From Eledone cirrhosa (taxonomy: Eukaryota), in assembly GCA_964016885.1 (NCBI GenBank), contig OZ024745.1:101680001-101744000 (forward strand): 64,000 nt of DNA. Direction: 5' to 3'. Positions 13,725 through 27,680 of the stretch are shown piece after piece. Under the pieces are notes generated by a model. That model saw only the letters and a program-made list of their open reading frames with translations. It did no database searches and was not told where the DNA came from. A program made the position numbers and the translations under genes. Each line of letters begins with the position of its first letter. Within the stretch, counting starts at the first letter, position 1.

Positions 13725-14510
13725 TTTTCCCTCAGGAAAGTAGCCTTGCTCACTTTACAGTAATGGAGTAGATAGAAATTTCATTCTTATGAAACAAAAT
13801 GTAAACTTTGGGCACACAAGAGTTGTAGTGGGGTCTCTGGCAGGCAGGTAAAGAATGTAGGCTTTGTATGCAACTGATGCACTGAAACAGTGAGCACAAG
13901 AGCTCACCCTGGATCAAGCCCTATTAAATGCTCAGATGGCCCTCTAGAGGTAGTTGACAGCTTCTGCTATCTGGAGGAACAAATTAACAGTAGAGGTTGT
14001 TGTTCTGGAAGTAGAGTAGTCAGAGTGAGCAATGGATCGAAAAAGCTTTGGGAGCTACTACAACTGCTGGCTACAAAAGACTTCTTTTTCATAGTGAAAA
14101 GCAGATTGTTTGATGCTTGTGTGCAAACAGCAGTGCTGCATGGAAGTGAAACTTGTTAAAAAAATTAGGTGAGCATGCCCCAATGGATATGTAATAGTAG
14201 CGTAGGTGAATGATGAAGCATCAATGAACTGATAGAAAAATTGTGCAGGGATCAAATGCAGTGCATAGGAGAAGAAACTGCATTGGTATGGACATGTGGT
14301 GCATATGGAGGATGATAGCTGTATAAAGAAATGCAGAGCACTTGAAGTCATTGGAACCTATCGAAGGGAATACCTCGGAAAATGATGCTGCGTATGGCTG
14401 ACTACACACTGCTGCTGAAACTCACGAAGGAGATAATTGAGGATTAAGCTGACTGGTGACATGTCATACTGCAAAATACTCACCTACCCACTCTAGTGTG
14501 ATCAAACAAG
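13725..14510 (+). mobile_element. Old degenerate RTE (PHD type) fragment
   Basis: LEVVDSFCYL, RLFDACV..VLHGSET and WYGHV remnants. Confidence 0.75.
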
Positions 14511-15109
14511 AATTGAAAAGATGCTCCTACCTGCCAGTATAGTTCCAACTCCTCTCTCACCCACCTTTCCTCACCTTAAACCTGAAGAAACAGAGATGGG
14601 TAATATTTAGGTCCATGCCAGCCAATGTACTCCCAATTTCCTCCATCTGAAATGCCTTCCTCCTCCTAGTGTCAATAAATAAAGCACTAGTCTAGAAGGG
14701 CCATGGAATGGCAGTTGTCAGAACATCAGATAAGATGTCTTTCCATTCTTAATTCAAATGTCATCATTGCCTATTTTGATAGTAGACTTAATTAGTTGCC
14801 CAGCTTAGTACCATCACCTGAGTATTTTTAAGTCTATTCTTTTGTAGGCATTCAGGCTAGATCTCTGATTTGAGGATACTTTTTCTCACTTTCTCTAGCA
14901 TTCTTTGATGCCATGAAAAGAGCCATGAGGACTGCCCTACCTCCAGAGTAAGCAAAAAAAACAAAGAAAAACCTGTTATATTTCTTATGGCATTACGAGT
15001 GGCATGAAAATTACAATTTCTCATTTTCTTTTTGTTATAAAACAAATTTTTGAGCTTTGTACTTAAGAAAGAAAGAAATTATCTAGTTTTTTCTTCAATT
15101 TTTTTGCAG

Positions 15110-15212
15110 GCAACAAGTAAATCTGATGAAAATGCTGGGTAAACTGGAAGAAGCAGCAGATACAGAAATTTCTGAAAGGCATCAAGAAACTGGGAGAGAA
15201 CATCAGAATCTT
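15110..15212 (+). CDS. KATNIP: KATNIP-like exon 3 (R-QQVNLMKMLGKLEEAAD...HQNL)
   Basis: ttttttgcag acceptor, CTT|GTAAGT donor; CG+G completes Arg. Resembles, from memory, the QQKLLKVLQAVE helix before the first DUF4457 repeat of vertebrate KATNIP. Confidence 0.8.
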
Positions 15213-17584
15213 GTAAGTTGTTTCTGGGAACTATTTTCAGCCCTAAGAAGAAATTGAAATTTTGAATATATTTAGGTGCAGGTTTGGCATGGCTGTGTGG
15301 GTAGGAACTTTCCTTCACAACTAATTGGTTTAGAGTTCTATCCCATTTTGGGCAAGTATCTTAAACTATAGCCACTGACTGACCATTGCTTTGCAAGTGA
15401 ATTTGTTAGATGGAAACTATAAGGTAGTCCATCAGTTGTGTATGTGCAGCAGGGTTTCAACCATCAGTTAACTTAGACATTAGTTGTTTGTAATATGTAA
15501 ATATCTTTAGCTTTAGTTGATACTTTCAGAATTAGCAAAATAGAATATTTTTAGCAAAATATCTTTGTGTGTGTAAGATAGAGAAAGAGAGAAATAATAT
15601 GTGTGCATCTTTGGTAGCACTATACCTTATTTATTTCTGGAAAATCACAGGAACTACTCTCGGGAAATTATATTTGCTTTGAAAGTTTGTTTCATGCTAT
15701 ATCCATTGTTTCATTCTGTTATTGTTTGATTTCACTGTGTGTGCGTGTGAAGAACACTCTGTTTTGAAAACTTACCCAAGGGAGTTCTATTGAAATCTCA
15801 AGACAATGCCTATTTAGTCATAAGTTTGCTAGCTACTACCATTTCTGTTTTAGATTTGCATTTTTGGTCGAGCTGAAACAAATTATCAGGATGGGAATGA
15901 AAAATATTTATTTAGTTCATACACAAACATGTAAAAATTGATGGACAAACAGCAGTGATGATAAACAAAACCTTTTTGTTTATATAACGATAAAGAAAAG
16001 TTTCTCTTTATACTAGGATAATATAAAGACAAATCATGGAAGATGGTGAAGTTAAGGTGTTGCAGTACTAACCAAATAGTCAAGTGTTCAGATCTTACAT
16101 AAGCTTGTACCCCTGAGCAATACACTTTTTCAATTTCTTTATTTAGTAGGAAAGATGACAAATTGGCAAAGTCGTTAGAGCACTGAATCAAATGTTTTGA
16201 AGTATATGTTACCACTCTATGTATTCTGAGTTCAAATTTTGCCACGGTCAACTTGGCCTTTCGTTCTTTTAAGACAGATAAAGCACAACATTCTCGGGCA
16301 TTTGATTGGCAGAATTTCAGTAGTGCTTTGTGGTACCTTTTTCAGCCCTTTGCATTCTGAGTTTGCCTCCAATAACACTGGTGCTAAGCTGTATCAGCTT
16401 TTGGACAACATCAGTGACATGAAGAGGGGAAGAGATGGATGTATGGATGTCTGCTAATTTTCCCTAAGATTACCTTGTTCAGACCTGCTAGCGTGGAGAG
16501 GAACTTTCTGGAGACAGTTCTTAACCCATGGTCAAGAAGAGCATGATCTTCATACATCATGTTTCACTGATGAGATCAATACAGTTGATATTGGAAGTGG
16601 TATTGGATACATGTGTGTTTATCAGCAGCATCTCTGACATGTCAGTAGTACTCTAATCTGGACTTTTTAGTGGTCAGTAAATGATTAAAGATGAAATATT
16701 TTTGTTCAAGAAGAGAAATGCTAACTTTCGTTATGCAGCTTTTACATTTGTAATTGCTATGGAAGATTGCAAAATCTAGCATTTTATTTGGGTGCAGAGA
16801 TTTTTGTTTGGCAGACAAAATGCCTTTCAGTGTGTCTTCTAGGTCTCTGCACTTTGAGTGCAAATCCTGCTGACTTTCACTTTGCTGTTCATCCTTTCAC
16901 AATCATCTTTTAACATCTGCTTTCCCTGCTAGCAATGGTTAGACAGGACTTCACTGACCATGTCAGTACTGACCTGCCAGACAGGTTGGGAGCTGGCATC
17001 CTGCTTACATACAGTTCCACATTCTACCATGGGCATATTTGACACATATATTCAACACAACTGAAGGTCCTCCCAAACCGTTGTATGGCAGGTTTTCTCT
17101 GGCTGGATGCCTTTCCTATCACCAACCACTTTACAGTGTGTACTGGGTGCATTTATCATGTAGATACCAACACTAGGGAAATTGTTAGGTCTTTGAAACA
17201 ACTGAAGGATCCTTCCAAACCTTCATTTGGCAAGCTTTCTATAGCTGAATGCCCTTCCTATTGCCAACAACCACTTTCTGATGAATTTATCTTGTAGATC
17301 ACTAACACTAGAGAGGTTGTCACACCATTGACACAACTGAAGAGTCCCCTCAACCCTTTAAAGCATGGTGCCCTGCTTGTTGCTAATAAAACTAGGACCA
17401 GTCCAGGGTGGAGTATTGGCAGAAGTATTAGTGTTGGACAAGATGCCTTACAGTATTTGTCCTGGTGCTTTACATTCTGAGTTCAAATCCCAATTGTCTA
17501 TCTGCATAGTAGATTTAATCCATTGCCAAGTTTAACATTACCACTTGGCCATAGGAATGTAATGATGCATCCTAATACAACTTT

Positions 17585-17955
17585 CACCATCACCATTTAA
17601 TGTACATTTTTCCATGCTGGCATGGGTTATATGAGTTATCCTGTTGTGAACATTGCCGGGTTAGGTGACTATGTCTTGCTCATACAGAACTGTTTTGGGC
17701 TTGGTTTCTACAGCTGGATGCTCTTACTAGTGACAACCTCATTTACAGTGAGTACTGGGTGCTTTTTGTTGTGACACCCACACAACCACTTTACAGTGTG
17801 GGCTGGACACGTTTTGTTGTGATGCCTACACGACCACTTTACAGTCTGGACTGGATGCTTTTTGTTGTGTTACCTATTTGACCACTTTATAGTGTGGGCT
17901 GGGTGTTTTTTATTGTCTCACCTATATGACCACTTTACAGTTTGAGCTGGGCATT
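17585..17955 (-). mobile_element. RTE subfamily C-type 3' UTR copy with ~5 internal ~40-bp repeats
   Basis: Similar to 57003-57371; repeated CCACTTTACAGTGTGG.CTGG unit. Confidence 0.7.
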
Positions 17956-18827
17956 ATTTGCCACTTAATTTATTTTCTATTTTGTTACCCTTACTATCTC
18001 ACCAACTATTTAAATTTTGGAACTCATTATTTTTGTCATAAATGTAAATATTTTGTATTACAATGTGCATGAGGTACAGATTATGCCCAACACATTTTCT
18101 AGGAAATCATACAAGCATTTGTTGACAGCCATCAGCTGTTTTATTTCATTTTCTTTTTTTTAAATCTATTTCTTCTCTTAATCATAATAACTCTCTTCAG
18201 TGTGATCAAACTCACTTATTCCATGTTTACTTTCACAAACTTGTGTTTTTTTACAAACTATCCAACATAGTTTTCAATATCACTTCTCACTTCTTCATTT
18301 CTTATAAACAACACCTGATGCCTTTTATTCAAGTATTTTCTTAGCTTTCCAGAACTCACAGAATTCAGTGTCAACATATAAATTAAACTTTGTTTATTGC
18401 TTGTTTTATATCCTTTTTTTAAATTTTTTTTTTTTTTTATTTTTTATTTTTTTTTTTTTAACCTTTTGGAAATCTACTGTGTTCTCTATAATGGCTTTTT
18501 GCTATACAATATGGATATTCCTGGCACATCTGAAACTTACAAATATATTTTTTTATATATAATTAAAGAATTCTATAATATCCTCCTTCATTATCTTTCT
18601 ATTTATCACTCTATCCATCAGTTGTCTTCTTTCCCAATGCTCTTGTGCCTAGAAAATTGCATACGCAATATGAAACTAAATAGTAATGATGATGATGATA
18701 GTAAAATACATTTACTTTTCAATTGGAAATACATATTTTGTAGGCTCCATTTGTTGTTGTTTTTTTTATGATGGTATATCTCACTTTGTTTAGATTGCCT
18801 TTGTCAAATCTTTTTTTCTTTTTCCAG

Positions 18828-19022
18828 GTACTTCATCCCCATCGAAAGGTTCGTTTGGAACTTTTGTCAAACTGGGGTCACAATAAAAGGATTGGGCTCA
18901 CTGAAATTCAGCTTTATGATACATCTGGCAAAATCATCCCTGTTCTTCCTGAAAATGTAACTGTTAAAAATGCTAGCAATCCATCGAATTCAATTTTGGT
19001 TATTTTCAATGGAAAAGCAAAG
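18828..19022 (+). CDS. KATNIP: KATNIP-like exon 4, start of a DUF4457 repeat (VRLELLSNWGHNKRIGLTEIQLYD...IFNGKAK)
   Basis: tttttccag acceptor, AAG|GTATCT donor, 65 codons. The LSNWG..IGLTEI motif is the KATNIP repeat signature. Confidence 0.92.
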
Positions 19023-19099
19023 GTATCTAGTTAAACTCAATTACTTTTTTTTAAATGTTGGATTAGCAAGTGTATTAAGACCATTTTATAAATCATAAC

Positions 19100-19560
19100 A
19101 AGCTTCTCCATTTTGTCCTAACCTATGCATCCCTCCTCACCAACTTTCATTTCCTCTACTCCATTATACATTCATTTCCACCACTTGTCTCACACAGTCA
19201 CTTTCATTCTTCTTTAACACATCACTCAACCATCTCACACCATTTCCTTTCACAACATCCATCATAGGCTCTAATCCTCTCACCCAATAACATTCATCCT
19301 TCCTCAACACATTACCCAACCATCTCACACCATTTCCTTTCACAACATCCATCATAGGCTCTAATCCTCTCACCTAATAACATTCATCCTTACTCAACAC
19401 ATTACCCAACCATCTCACACCATTTCCTTTCACAACATCCATCATAGGCTCTAATCCTCTCACCCAATAACATTCATCCTTCTTCAACACATGGCTCAAC
19501 CATCTACCGCCATTTCTCTCCACAACATACATTACTGTCTCTATTCCCATCCGCCTTTCA
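19100..19560 (-). mobile_element. RTE thumb-region fragment with a 90-bp tandem triplication
   Basis: CATCTCACAC recurs at 19231, 19321 and 19411; minus strand reads GVRWLGNVLRKDE, like RTE RWxGHVxR. Confidence 0.75.
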
Positions 19561-20949
19561 TTGTTAATCTGAGGATTATTTATTTTCCTTTATGTTTATT
19601 TAATATAATAGATTTATTTATAGAAACAAAACTAGAAACATTATTTGGTATTTAATTTTAAGTTGTTAATTTATGAAGTATGTTTTTTATTTGATAGTTT
19701 CAATAACAAGTAACTAACTAGATGAGATGAGTGAGGTTCTTATCAAATGGAAGAAATTTATTGTGCAGTGTTGTTTTTTTAAGAATGTTGTTTTTTTAAG
19801 AATGGTTAAAAGTGCTGAGATAGCTTAGAGCTCATGAGTTCAAAAGTATAATTAAAGAAACAGTAAGATGACCAGTCTTGATGTAGTGTTTGTGAGTTTG
19901 CCTTTAGATACTTTGAATGCTCAGAAGTTGTTGAGAAAGAAAGTGAGTTAGTAAAACAAATTGAAATATTCACAGTAGCTTGTGTTTCCCTGTAGGCCAG
20001 TTTTATTTTGTTTTTGAAGTTTCCCAGTCAAAATTCTCTCCATGCATATTACTTCTAGCAAACACAAGTGCATATGTGTACAAAGGCCAATAAAACAGAT
20101 ACTTCTTAGTTAAAAGAATAAGAATTTGAAAGAGTCTTATTCGTGCAAGAATTATGATCTGTTGGGGGTAAAATAGCTATCTTAGTGATTAGTTTCCTCT
20201 TCAGACACAAGGTAGACAGCATTACTTAATGAATCTCATGCTAAATACACTCGTAAACTTTATTGATGTCTCATGTATCCATGTCTCTTTTGCTGATGTA
20301 TAGTTATTGGTTAAAAGCACACAAGTACAGAATATAAAGTGTAGGCTGTAACTGAATCAGAGATTTTGTAAGCAACATAGGAGTTAATATATTTTTGGAA
20401 GATAGAGAAAATAAGTGATTGATGAAAGAAAAAAACAGAAGAAATATTTTGGATGTCATTACATTTTCCATACTAGTACCATTGTACACTCTTTTGTTTA
20501 TATTTTATTATTTATGTTGTTTATGTTAATGAAGTTCAGTGTGGATCATTGAGTTCAAATTCTAATTGAAAATCCTCCTCCGTTTTATGAAGGCTTATAA
20601 AATTGATCCATATTCTCCCTCTACTTTTATAACACTGACACTGGCACCAGTATGAGACTGTTTTGTAATTGGAATTTAGGAAAGGTGTTAGATAAATTGA
20701 TGTAAATGCTTATTATTTGTTTCGTATGTTCAGTAAATCTACACTGAAGTATAAAATATTTGATATAATCACCACATCTTTATGATAAAAAGGGAAGGGA
20801 ATGAGAATTATCTCTGCAGTTTCATGTTTTCTCATTTCATATATGAAAACAAGCAAAAATACAAAACAACACAAAACATTTTTCTAATGAAATGTCAAGT
20901 CTATAAACCCAGAATAAAAATGGTATTTTATAGCTGGACACTCTACATA

Positions 20950-21160
20950 ATGATTTCTACCATAGGCACAAGGCCAGCAATTTTTGGGGAAGGGAGAAAA
21001 GTTAAATTGACCCCAGTATAGTACTGGTACTTTATTTTATCAACCCGTAAGGATGAAAGGCAAAGCTAATCTGAGCAGGATTTGAACTCAGAATATAAAG
21101 GGCCGCAACTCTGCTGCGAAGCAAGGTATCTGATGCTCCACTGATGCCACTAATCCACTC
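20950..21160 (-). mobile_element. SINE family 1 variant
   Basis: Core and B-box on minus; 16-bp TSD CACTCTACATAATGAT at 20939-20954 and 21156-21171. Confidence 0.8.
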
Positions 21161-22289
21161 TACATAATGATAATATTTCAGCCATGGTATAGACAGTAAT
21201 TATTTCCCCATCCATTGATTCCATTCTACCTTAAGTTGAAGGCCAACAATACAGCATATCAACATTCTTCTAAGTGCTTTTTGCAAAAAAAAAAACATAA
21301 AAGAATGCGAGGCTTCACAAAAGTTGATTCATTCTACTGATTATATTTATGTGAATGTTTTCATTAATTTTTCAATTGCTATATTATCTACAGCAATATT
21401 GTTTTCAATGCTGAACTTTCTATTAAGAAAGAATTTTTTTCTTGTATTATAAAAAAAGAAAAAATATATATAATTCCATTGTATGATTAAATATTGAACG
21501 CAAAAAACTTTCAACAGTTTACTTTTAAAAAATGTTTCTCTCAGGTAAAACTTTTGAATTTATACTTCAAGACAAAAAAGTATACTTCATAATTTATATT
21601 CCTACTTGTCTCCACACAAAAGCTGTATGTATTGGTCAAATTTTGGGCATATTTTATTCGAAGCTACACTTATATTTTCTAAACAATTCAGCCTCATAAA
21701 GTATATGTACAAAGGCAAGTATTCAGGCAAAAATTCTACTTGCAATTTTGTTATAGCACACAGTTCTTTGAATACTATATACATAAAAGTAAATGACCCA
21801 TTATAGGTTAGTGTGGATTTATGTTTGGCAGATATGTTAGAAATATAGATAATAATTTGGCTTCCAAATTTAATTGTTGCTTGGATATCAGGAATAATAA
21901 AGCATGTAAATGGAGAAAACTGAAAGACATTTTAGCTTTTGATTTCATAGAAATCTGCAGTTTTATCAAATGTTTTTATGCTGTAATTGAATTCTAATTG
22001 TAATTCCCTACCTGCAAATTTCATAATATTTGCTGAAAAGTTCATGCTAAACCGTATCCTATTGAACATTACAGCTTAATCTCTCCAGTTATTGATTTAT
22101 CAACTGTATCAAATCATTCATCCTAGATATATCAGCATGTATGATTTTTTTTATTATTATTATTATTTTCTCAGTTGATTCTAACCAATTCGATTGTCTA
22201 TTTCACAATAAATGCAGTCAGTATAAAATCTGATAATCCTAACAGATTCACTGAGATGTGACCCAGAGGTTTTCTTTTAGATATACTCT

Positions 22290-22346
<57 letters not shown>

Positions 22347-22699
22347 TTATGTTTTGCTGTCAGTTTCTTCCATTCTGAAGGAATGCTATCATCATCAAGT
22401 TAACTTGATTAGGCAAGAAAATATTTTATATATAAATGCTATTGAATTTTATTCACCACATTTTTTGAATTAACTATTTCTAGAATAGAAATAAACTTCT
22501 CTATTTTCTATTGAGCTACAATTTGTTAAAACATTCAAAACAGTTCCTTCTAAAACTGATTTGTTATTTTTTTCTATCAGCATTCTGAGAATATGAATAA
22601 TATGAAATAGATATTGTTTCTTTCATAGAACAAATATGGAAAAGAATATTCAATTACATTTGGATTATATTATAATAAATCACAAAATTACACACATAG

Positions 22700-22860
22700 T
22701 AGGCACAAGGATGGCTGTGTGGTTAAGGAGTTTGCTTCACAACAACATGGTTTTGTGTTCAGTCCTACTGTGTGCCACCTGGGGCGTCTTCTATATCCTT
22801 CGGTTGACCAATGTTTTGGGAGTGAAATTTAGTAGAGGGAAACTGCAGAAGCCCATCAGT
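22700..22860 (+). mobile_element. Older tRNA-derived SINE family 3 (other copies ~3960-4080, 15285-15440, 39800-39940, 48020-48120)
   Basis: Shared TGGCTGTGTGGTTAAG...GTTCAGTCC...CCTTGGGCAAGT...GACCAA...GGAAACTG consensus. Confidence 0.7.
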
Positions 22861-25371
22861 TGGGACACCTCCATCCTGCCATGGTGGTTGTTCGTCATAT
22901 TCATTGAAATCAATGTTCCCAAATCTGTTTTTTGTAGTATGCACCCAGACTACTCTATAAATTTATGGTGTTGGTGCCAGTTCATCCTGTATGGTGTTAG
23001 TGCTGCTGCCATGTTAAGATGCTCCAGGTACAAACTTAATATAACTGGCAATAGAAAGGGCATCTAGACATAGAAACCAACAACATATGAACAAGATATG
23101 TCACCTTACCAGTCTAGCCTCAGAATATGGTAACCTATATGTCTAAATCATGGCAGCATAGAAAATAGATGTTGAACAGTGAGGAGTATAATGATGTGTG
23201 TGGGAGGGCTGACAAAAAGGGATCAAGAAAATAAGTATCAAACTTGAATAAAAAGTACAGGCATCGATATGATTGACTAAATCTCTTCACGGTAGTGTTC
23301 CAGAATGACTGAAATCAGTAAAAGTGGTTGTTGAGTGGATGTGTGTTTGTATGTATGTAGCTGATCTTGGATATGATCTTTTATTTGTTGTTGATCGGGC
23401 AAGAAATGGCTTGTTACCTTTAATACATCTAAGACTATACTTTAATGACCATAGAGAATCGCTTTTGCCTTCCATTAGTATGGTTAATCATATCCTCCAT
23501 GAGAGCATCTCTATATGTAGATATCACAGTAGAGCTCTGAGAATGGGCGACAAGCACAGTTTGACCACACAAAAATCCACTTTTTGCTTAATCATTTTCA
23601 TGTCAAAATAGATTTTTTTTTTTGTATGGATAATTGCATATAATTTGAAAGTTCTGGATGTGAACTTTCTTCTCATATTCATTTGATGAAAATCTGACAC
23701 ATATCATACCCGATCCTCTAAATTACCCTTATATTTCCACATATTTACAACTTTTGTCCTGTTTTCGTTTTTGACTGCTGAATGGTAGTGATAATTCTAG
23801 TTGAAGTGCTGGAGGACTATAACTAGATGTGTATTGAAAATGAAGAAGACTTATTTTGCTTTATTTTCATATAAAAATCAATGGGGGTAGGTCAGATTAT
23901 CTTTATAAAATATAAAGATGAACATTTTATCATTAATTTTCACTTAGAAAAGAACATTTTCTTAAAGATTTTTATACCATAAGAAAGAAAAATTTCTTGA
24001 AAATTCAATATGGACATTGCTGATTCTAGTCATGAGATGGCACAAAAGTACAGTCAATAAAAAGGTGAATACCATGGATGTTCATAATGCATGTTGATGC
24101 TATTTGTTGAAATGGCATATTCCCAAGTGGCGTGAGCTGAAATTGAACACAAATCCAAGGTTTCAAATATCGAGTTTGAGTCAGAATTTCAATAAATGGA
24201 TGAATTAATTATTAAGTAAACATATATTTTTCGGACAAAATGCACTAATTTGAGCCATATAAGTAGAGCCCAAAGTTAGAATGGAAATGTCATATTGAGA
24301 ATGTTGTTTATTTCCTCTCTGTTTTAACATGTGGAGAGTGAGGTCAGAATTTTCAATTTTCTTTGAGAAATATGGTCAAATTTTGCCAATAAAAATTATA
24401 CTGTGCAATGAATGTTATTTTGTAAACAATTAAAGTCCGATTTGATGTTTTCTTTTCTTTTCCAATTTTGAATACAGTTGGATAATTTGTTGTGTTTACA
24501 TTTCCACAAGTAGCACCAATTCATTTTTTTTCTCTCTGTCAATAAAAAAAAGTATCAGTCCATTACTAGTGTTGATTCTTCCTCCATATCTCTTTCTCAC
24601 TTCCAATCTTTCACTTTCTATTCTTCTCTGGAAGAAATCTACTGGAGAGGAGGTTTTAAAATGCCCTAGAAACATTGTATGTCAATATGGCACCCCTACA
24701 ATTCCCTCGTGTGTTACAAGTTAAGAAGATGGTATCTATTAAGGCAAACAAAATATATACTTGATTCATTTGCATTCTCCTGTTCAGTGCTGTTACAAGA
24801 GAATATGTGGCAACCTTTGTCATACATACAGAACTCACCACTACTGATGTCTGTTAAATAAAGGGATTCCTTTTTTCTACAAGTATATAGAGATGTCAGT
24901 TGGATAATATCTGTAAAATACACTTTCCAGTTGATATCATGAACAGATCTGCATGATGTTGGCTTGTTACAAAATCTTCATGAATAAACTCAGGAGTTGA
25001 GTTATGTTAAAGCTGAGTATGTATTAAATGTTCATACTTGCAAACACATCAAAATACTATAGCAACTTTTTGATATGTAACATTCTAACATTTCTTTCTG
25101 ATGATTGGATGAGACAATATTTGTTTCCTTTATAAAACAATACATATTTTCAAGTATTTTGTGGTATACCTGAAAGCTTTCCTTTGAACATGTTCACCTA
25201 GCATGAAATGTCATACCCCTTCTTAGAACTCGGTGAAAATCAAGAACTGATTGTCAGGATTGTTCTAACTACTGAGAGTAGAGAGAAAAACTTTCAATAA
25301 TATATATATTTTTTATTTGAAATAAGTATTTATGTGTCTGTAAGTATATATATATATATATGTGTGTGTGC

Positions 25372-25783
25372 GAGAAGACCCGCCTTACCTAAATACATAG
25401 TAAAACCTACTACAGCCAGTAGGCATCTCTAACAAAATACCCCCCCCCCCCCCCGTCCCGCCACCCCCACCCCATCCACACCACCCCGTTCTATGTAAAG
25501 TTATGTTGGTGCCACACCATCCAGGCCGAAACAAATGAGATCGTGTAGGTGTCACGACAAAAAAACACACAGTCCACACTGTAATGTGGCCGTGTAGGCA
25601 ACACGGTAAAAACCTCCCAGGCCCACACTGTAAATGTGGTTGGTGTTAGGAAGGGCATCCAACTGTAGAAAACCTGCCAGACAGTCCTATGCGAGCAAGA
25701 CAATCACTCTTGCCTCAAGTGGGACTACCCCCGTCCAAACCCATGCAAGCGTGGAACACGGACGTTAAACGTTGATGATGATG
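25372..25783 (+). mobile_element. RTE subfamily B, 5'-truncated 3' UTR copy
   Basis: Near-identical to 29461-29863; (GAT)n end. Confidence 0.9.
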
Positions 25784-25877
25784 TGTGTAAGTATGTGTAT
25801 ATATACGTGTGTGTGTGTATAAATATATGTATATATGTGTCTAGGTATGTATATACACATATATTTATACTTACATA

Positions 25878-25910
<33 letters not shown>

Positions 25911-27223
25911 TTATTTATGGATATATATATATTTAAAAGAATAGAGGTGTAATACACGAGTTGTGATATATTGGTAAAAGGAAAAGAAAATGCTGACAAA
26001 TTTTTCCCAGTGAAAAATAGTTTAATTAGGAATAAGTAAAAATTAGTAATAAGTATTGGTTAGTATTCAGTTTTAGTTTTAAGTTTTTACCGGTTGCGCA
26101 TTTCTAATGCTTTTCAAAAATAATTTTGAGATAGAACGCTCGTGATGTTTGCTCTAATCTGATTAGTTTTGGAAATTCTACCTGTTTTATGTGAAAAAAG
26201 TGGCTCCAGAGGTATTAAAATAAGTTTTGTGGTCAAAACAATTTTGATTGGTTGGTAGAGGTCACGTGAATGTTAAAAATTGATTTTGCGCCAAATGTAG
26301 GTTTGTTGAAGAGTGTCCTTTTTCGCCTGATTGAGAAGTCACTGAAAAATAAGTCTTTTAAGACAAATGTGTGTGTGTGTGTGTGTGTGGAGTAAAGAGG
26401 TTCATTGTTGTGATAATGGTCAGTAGGGATGTGTCTGTGAATTGCAGTCATGTTGAAAGGTCAACAGTTCAGGTGCCTATTAAGACAAATATGTGTGTGT
26501 GTGTGTGTGTAGCAGAGTAATTCATGGTAGAGGGATCGGTCAGTAGGAATGTGTCTGTACGTGTGTGGCGGATATTTTAACATGTTGAAAGATATTTTTC
26601 AGCTCTTGTCTTATATGGAGAAGTGTGTGTGTGTATATGTCTCTTTGTATGTTAGTGTATGTGTGTGTGTGTGGGGGGGGGGGGGCAGTATTTTTGTGAT
26701 ACTGGTAAAAATGGTGTACATTATTCGATATTTGCAGTAAAAACGATTCTCTCAATAGAACATCAAAAACCTTAATAATAAAAGGTGTGAAATGATATAT
26801 AGTATTGTCATAACACCAAGGTGTGTGTGAGTGTCCAGATTGTATGTACTGCAAGGGGAATCCATTAGGCCCTGCCGTATTGGAATACTTGTGTACAAAT
26901 ATGTATGTGCCCATCAGGGTGCAATGCATGTGTGCGTATATGTATGTGTGTGTGTGTCGGCACGTTTATATCTATAGACATCAAAAGGTATGCAAATTTG
27001 TGTTGCACCATAGAACGTGTGTTTATATGTGGATAGAGATGTATGCTGATGTAGGTATGTATGTTGACGTGTGTATGTTGTTGGTTCGTCTTAGGGAGAA
27101 GTGTTTAGACGGGGTCCGTATTTGTTAGTAAAGTGAGATTCCTTGCTGATGCACTGGGTGTGGATGGCATTATATATATATATATATATATATATAGATA
27201 ATTTTTTAAAATTTTTATTGCAG

Positions 27224-27352
27224 ACAAGCAAACTGAAAAATATGTGGAGTTGTGACAAAAACGATGCAGCATCTGTTACTATCACAATACATCCTTTGGC
27301 TGAAAAGAGTTTGTCAAAAATAAAGTTATGGAATTATAATCACAGTCTGAAA
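27224..27352 (+). CDS. KATNIP: KATNIP-like exon 5 (TSKLKNMWSC...SKIKLWNYNHSLK)
   Basis: ttttattgcag acceptor, AAA|GTAAGT donor, 43 codons; MW.C and KIKLWNYN.S repeat motifs. Confidence 0.92.
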
Positions 27353-27680
27353 GTAAGTATTGCCTACTTGTGATAGCTTATACTTTAGTGCGATGTATGT
27401 AGAAAGTATTTAAATGTCAGTTTACTTTCAGTAGAATGATGTTGTTGAAGTTACTTATAGTATTTCAATCTGATTTCTGTTCCAGACATAAATCCTTACA
27501 GAAGACAGCTTTTCTTTTACACCGGAAATCTATTTATTTGACTGATGTTTCTAAACATACTTGAATAATTTTTTTTTTCTGTCTTTTTTTTTTTTTGTTC
27601 CATTTACTTTATGAAACAGTTCTATAAAATCTTAAATGCTTATGTGTTGAAAGGAAGAACTATAGATACTGCAATGCTAT

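Noticed and set aside
16560-16600. CTGATGA followed by a small hairpin as a hammerhead
   Set aside because: No GAAA box or stems I and III in register.
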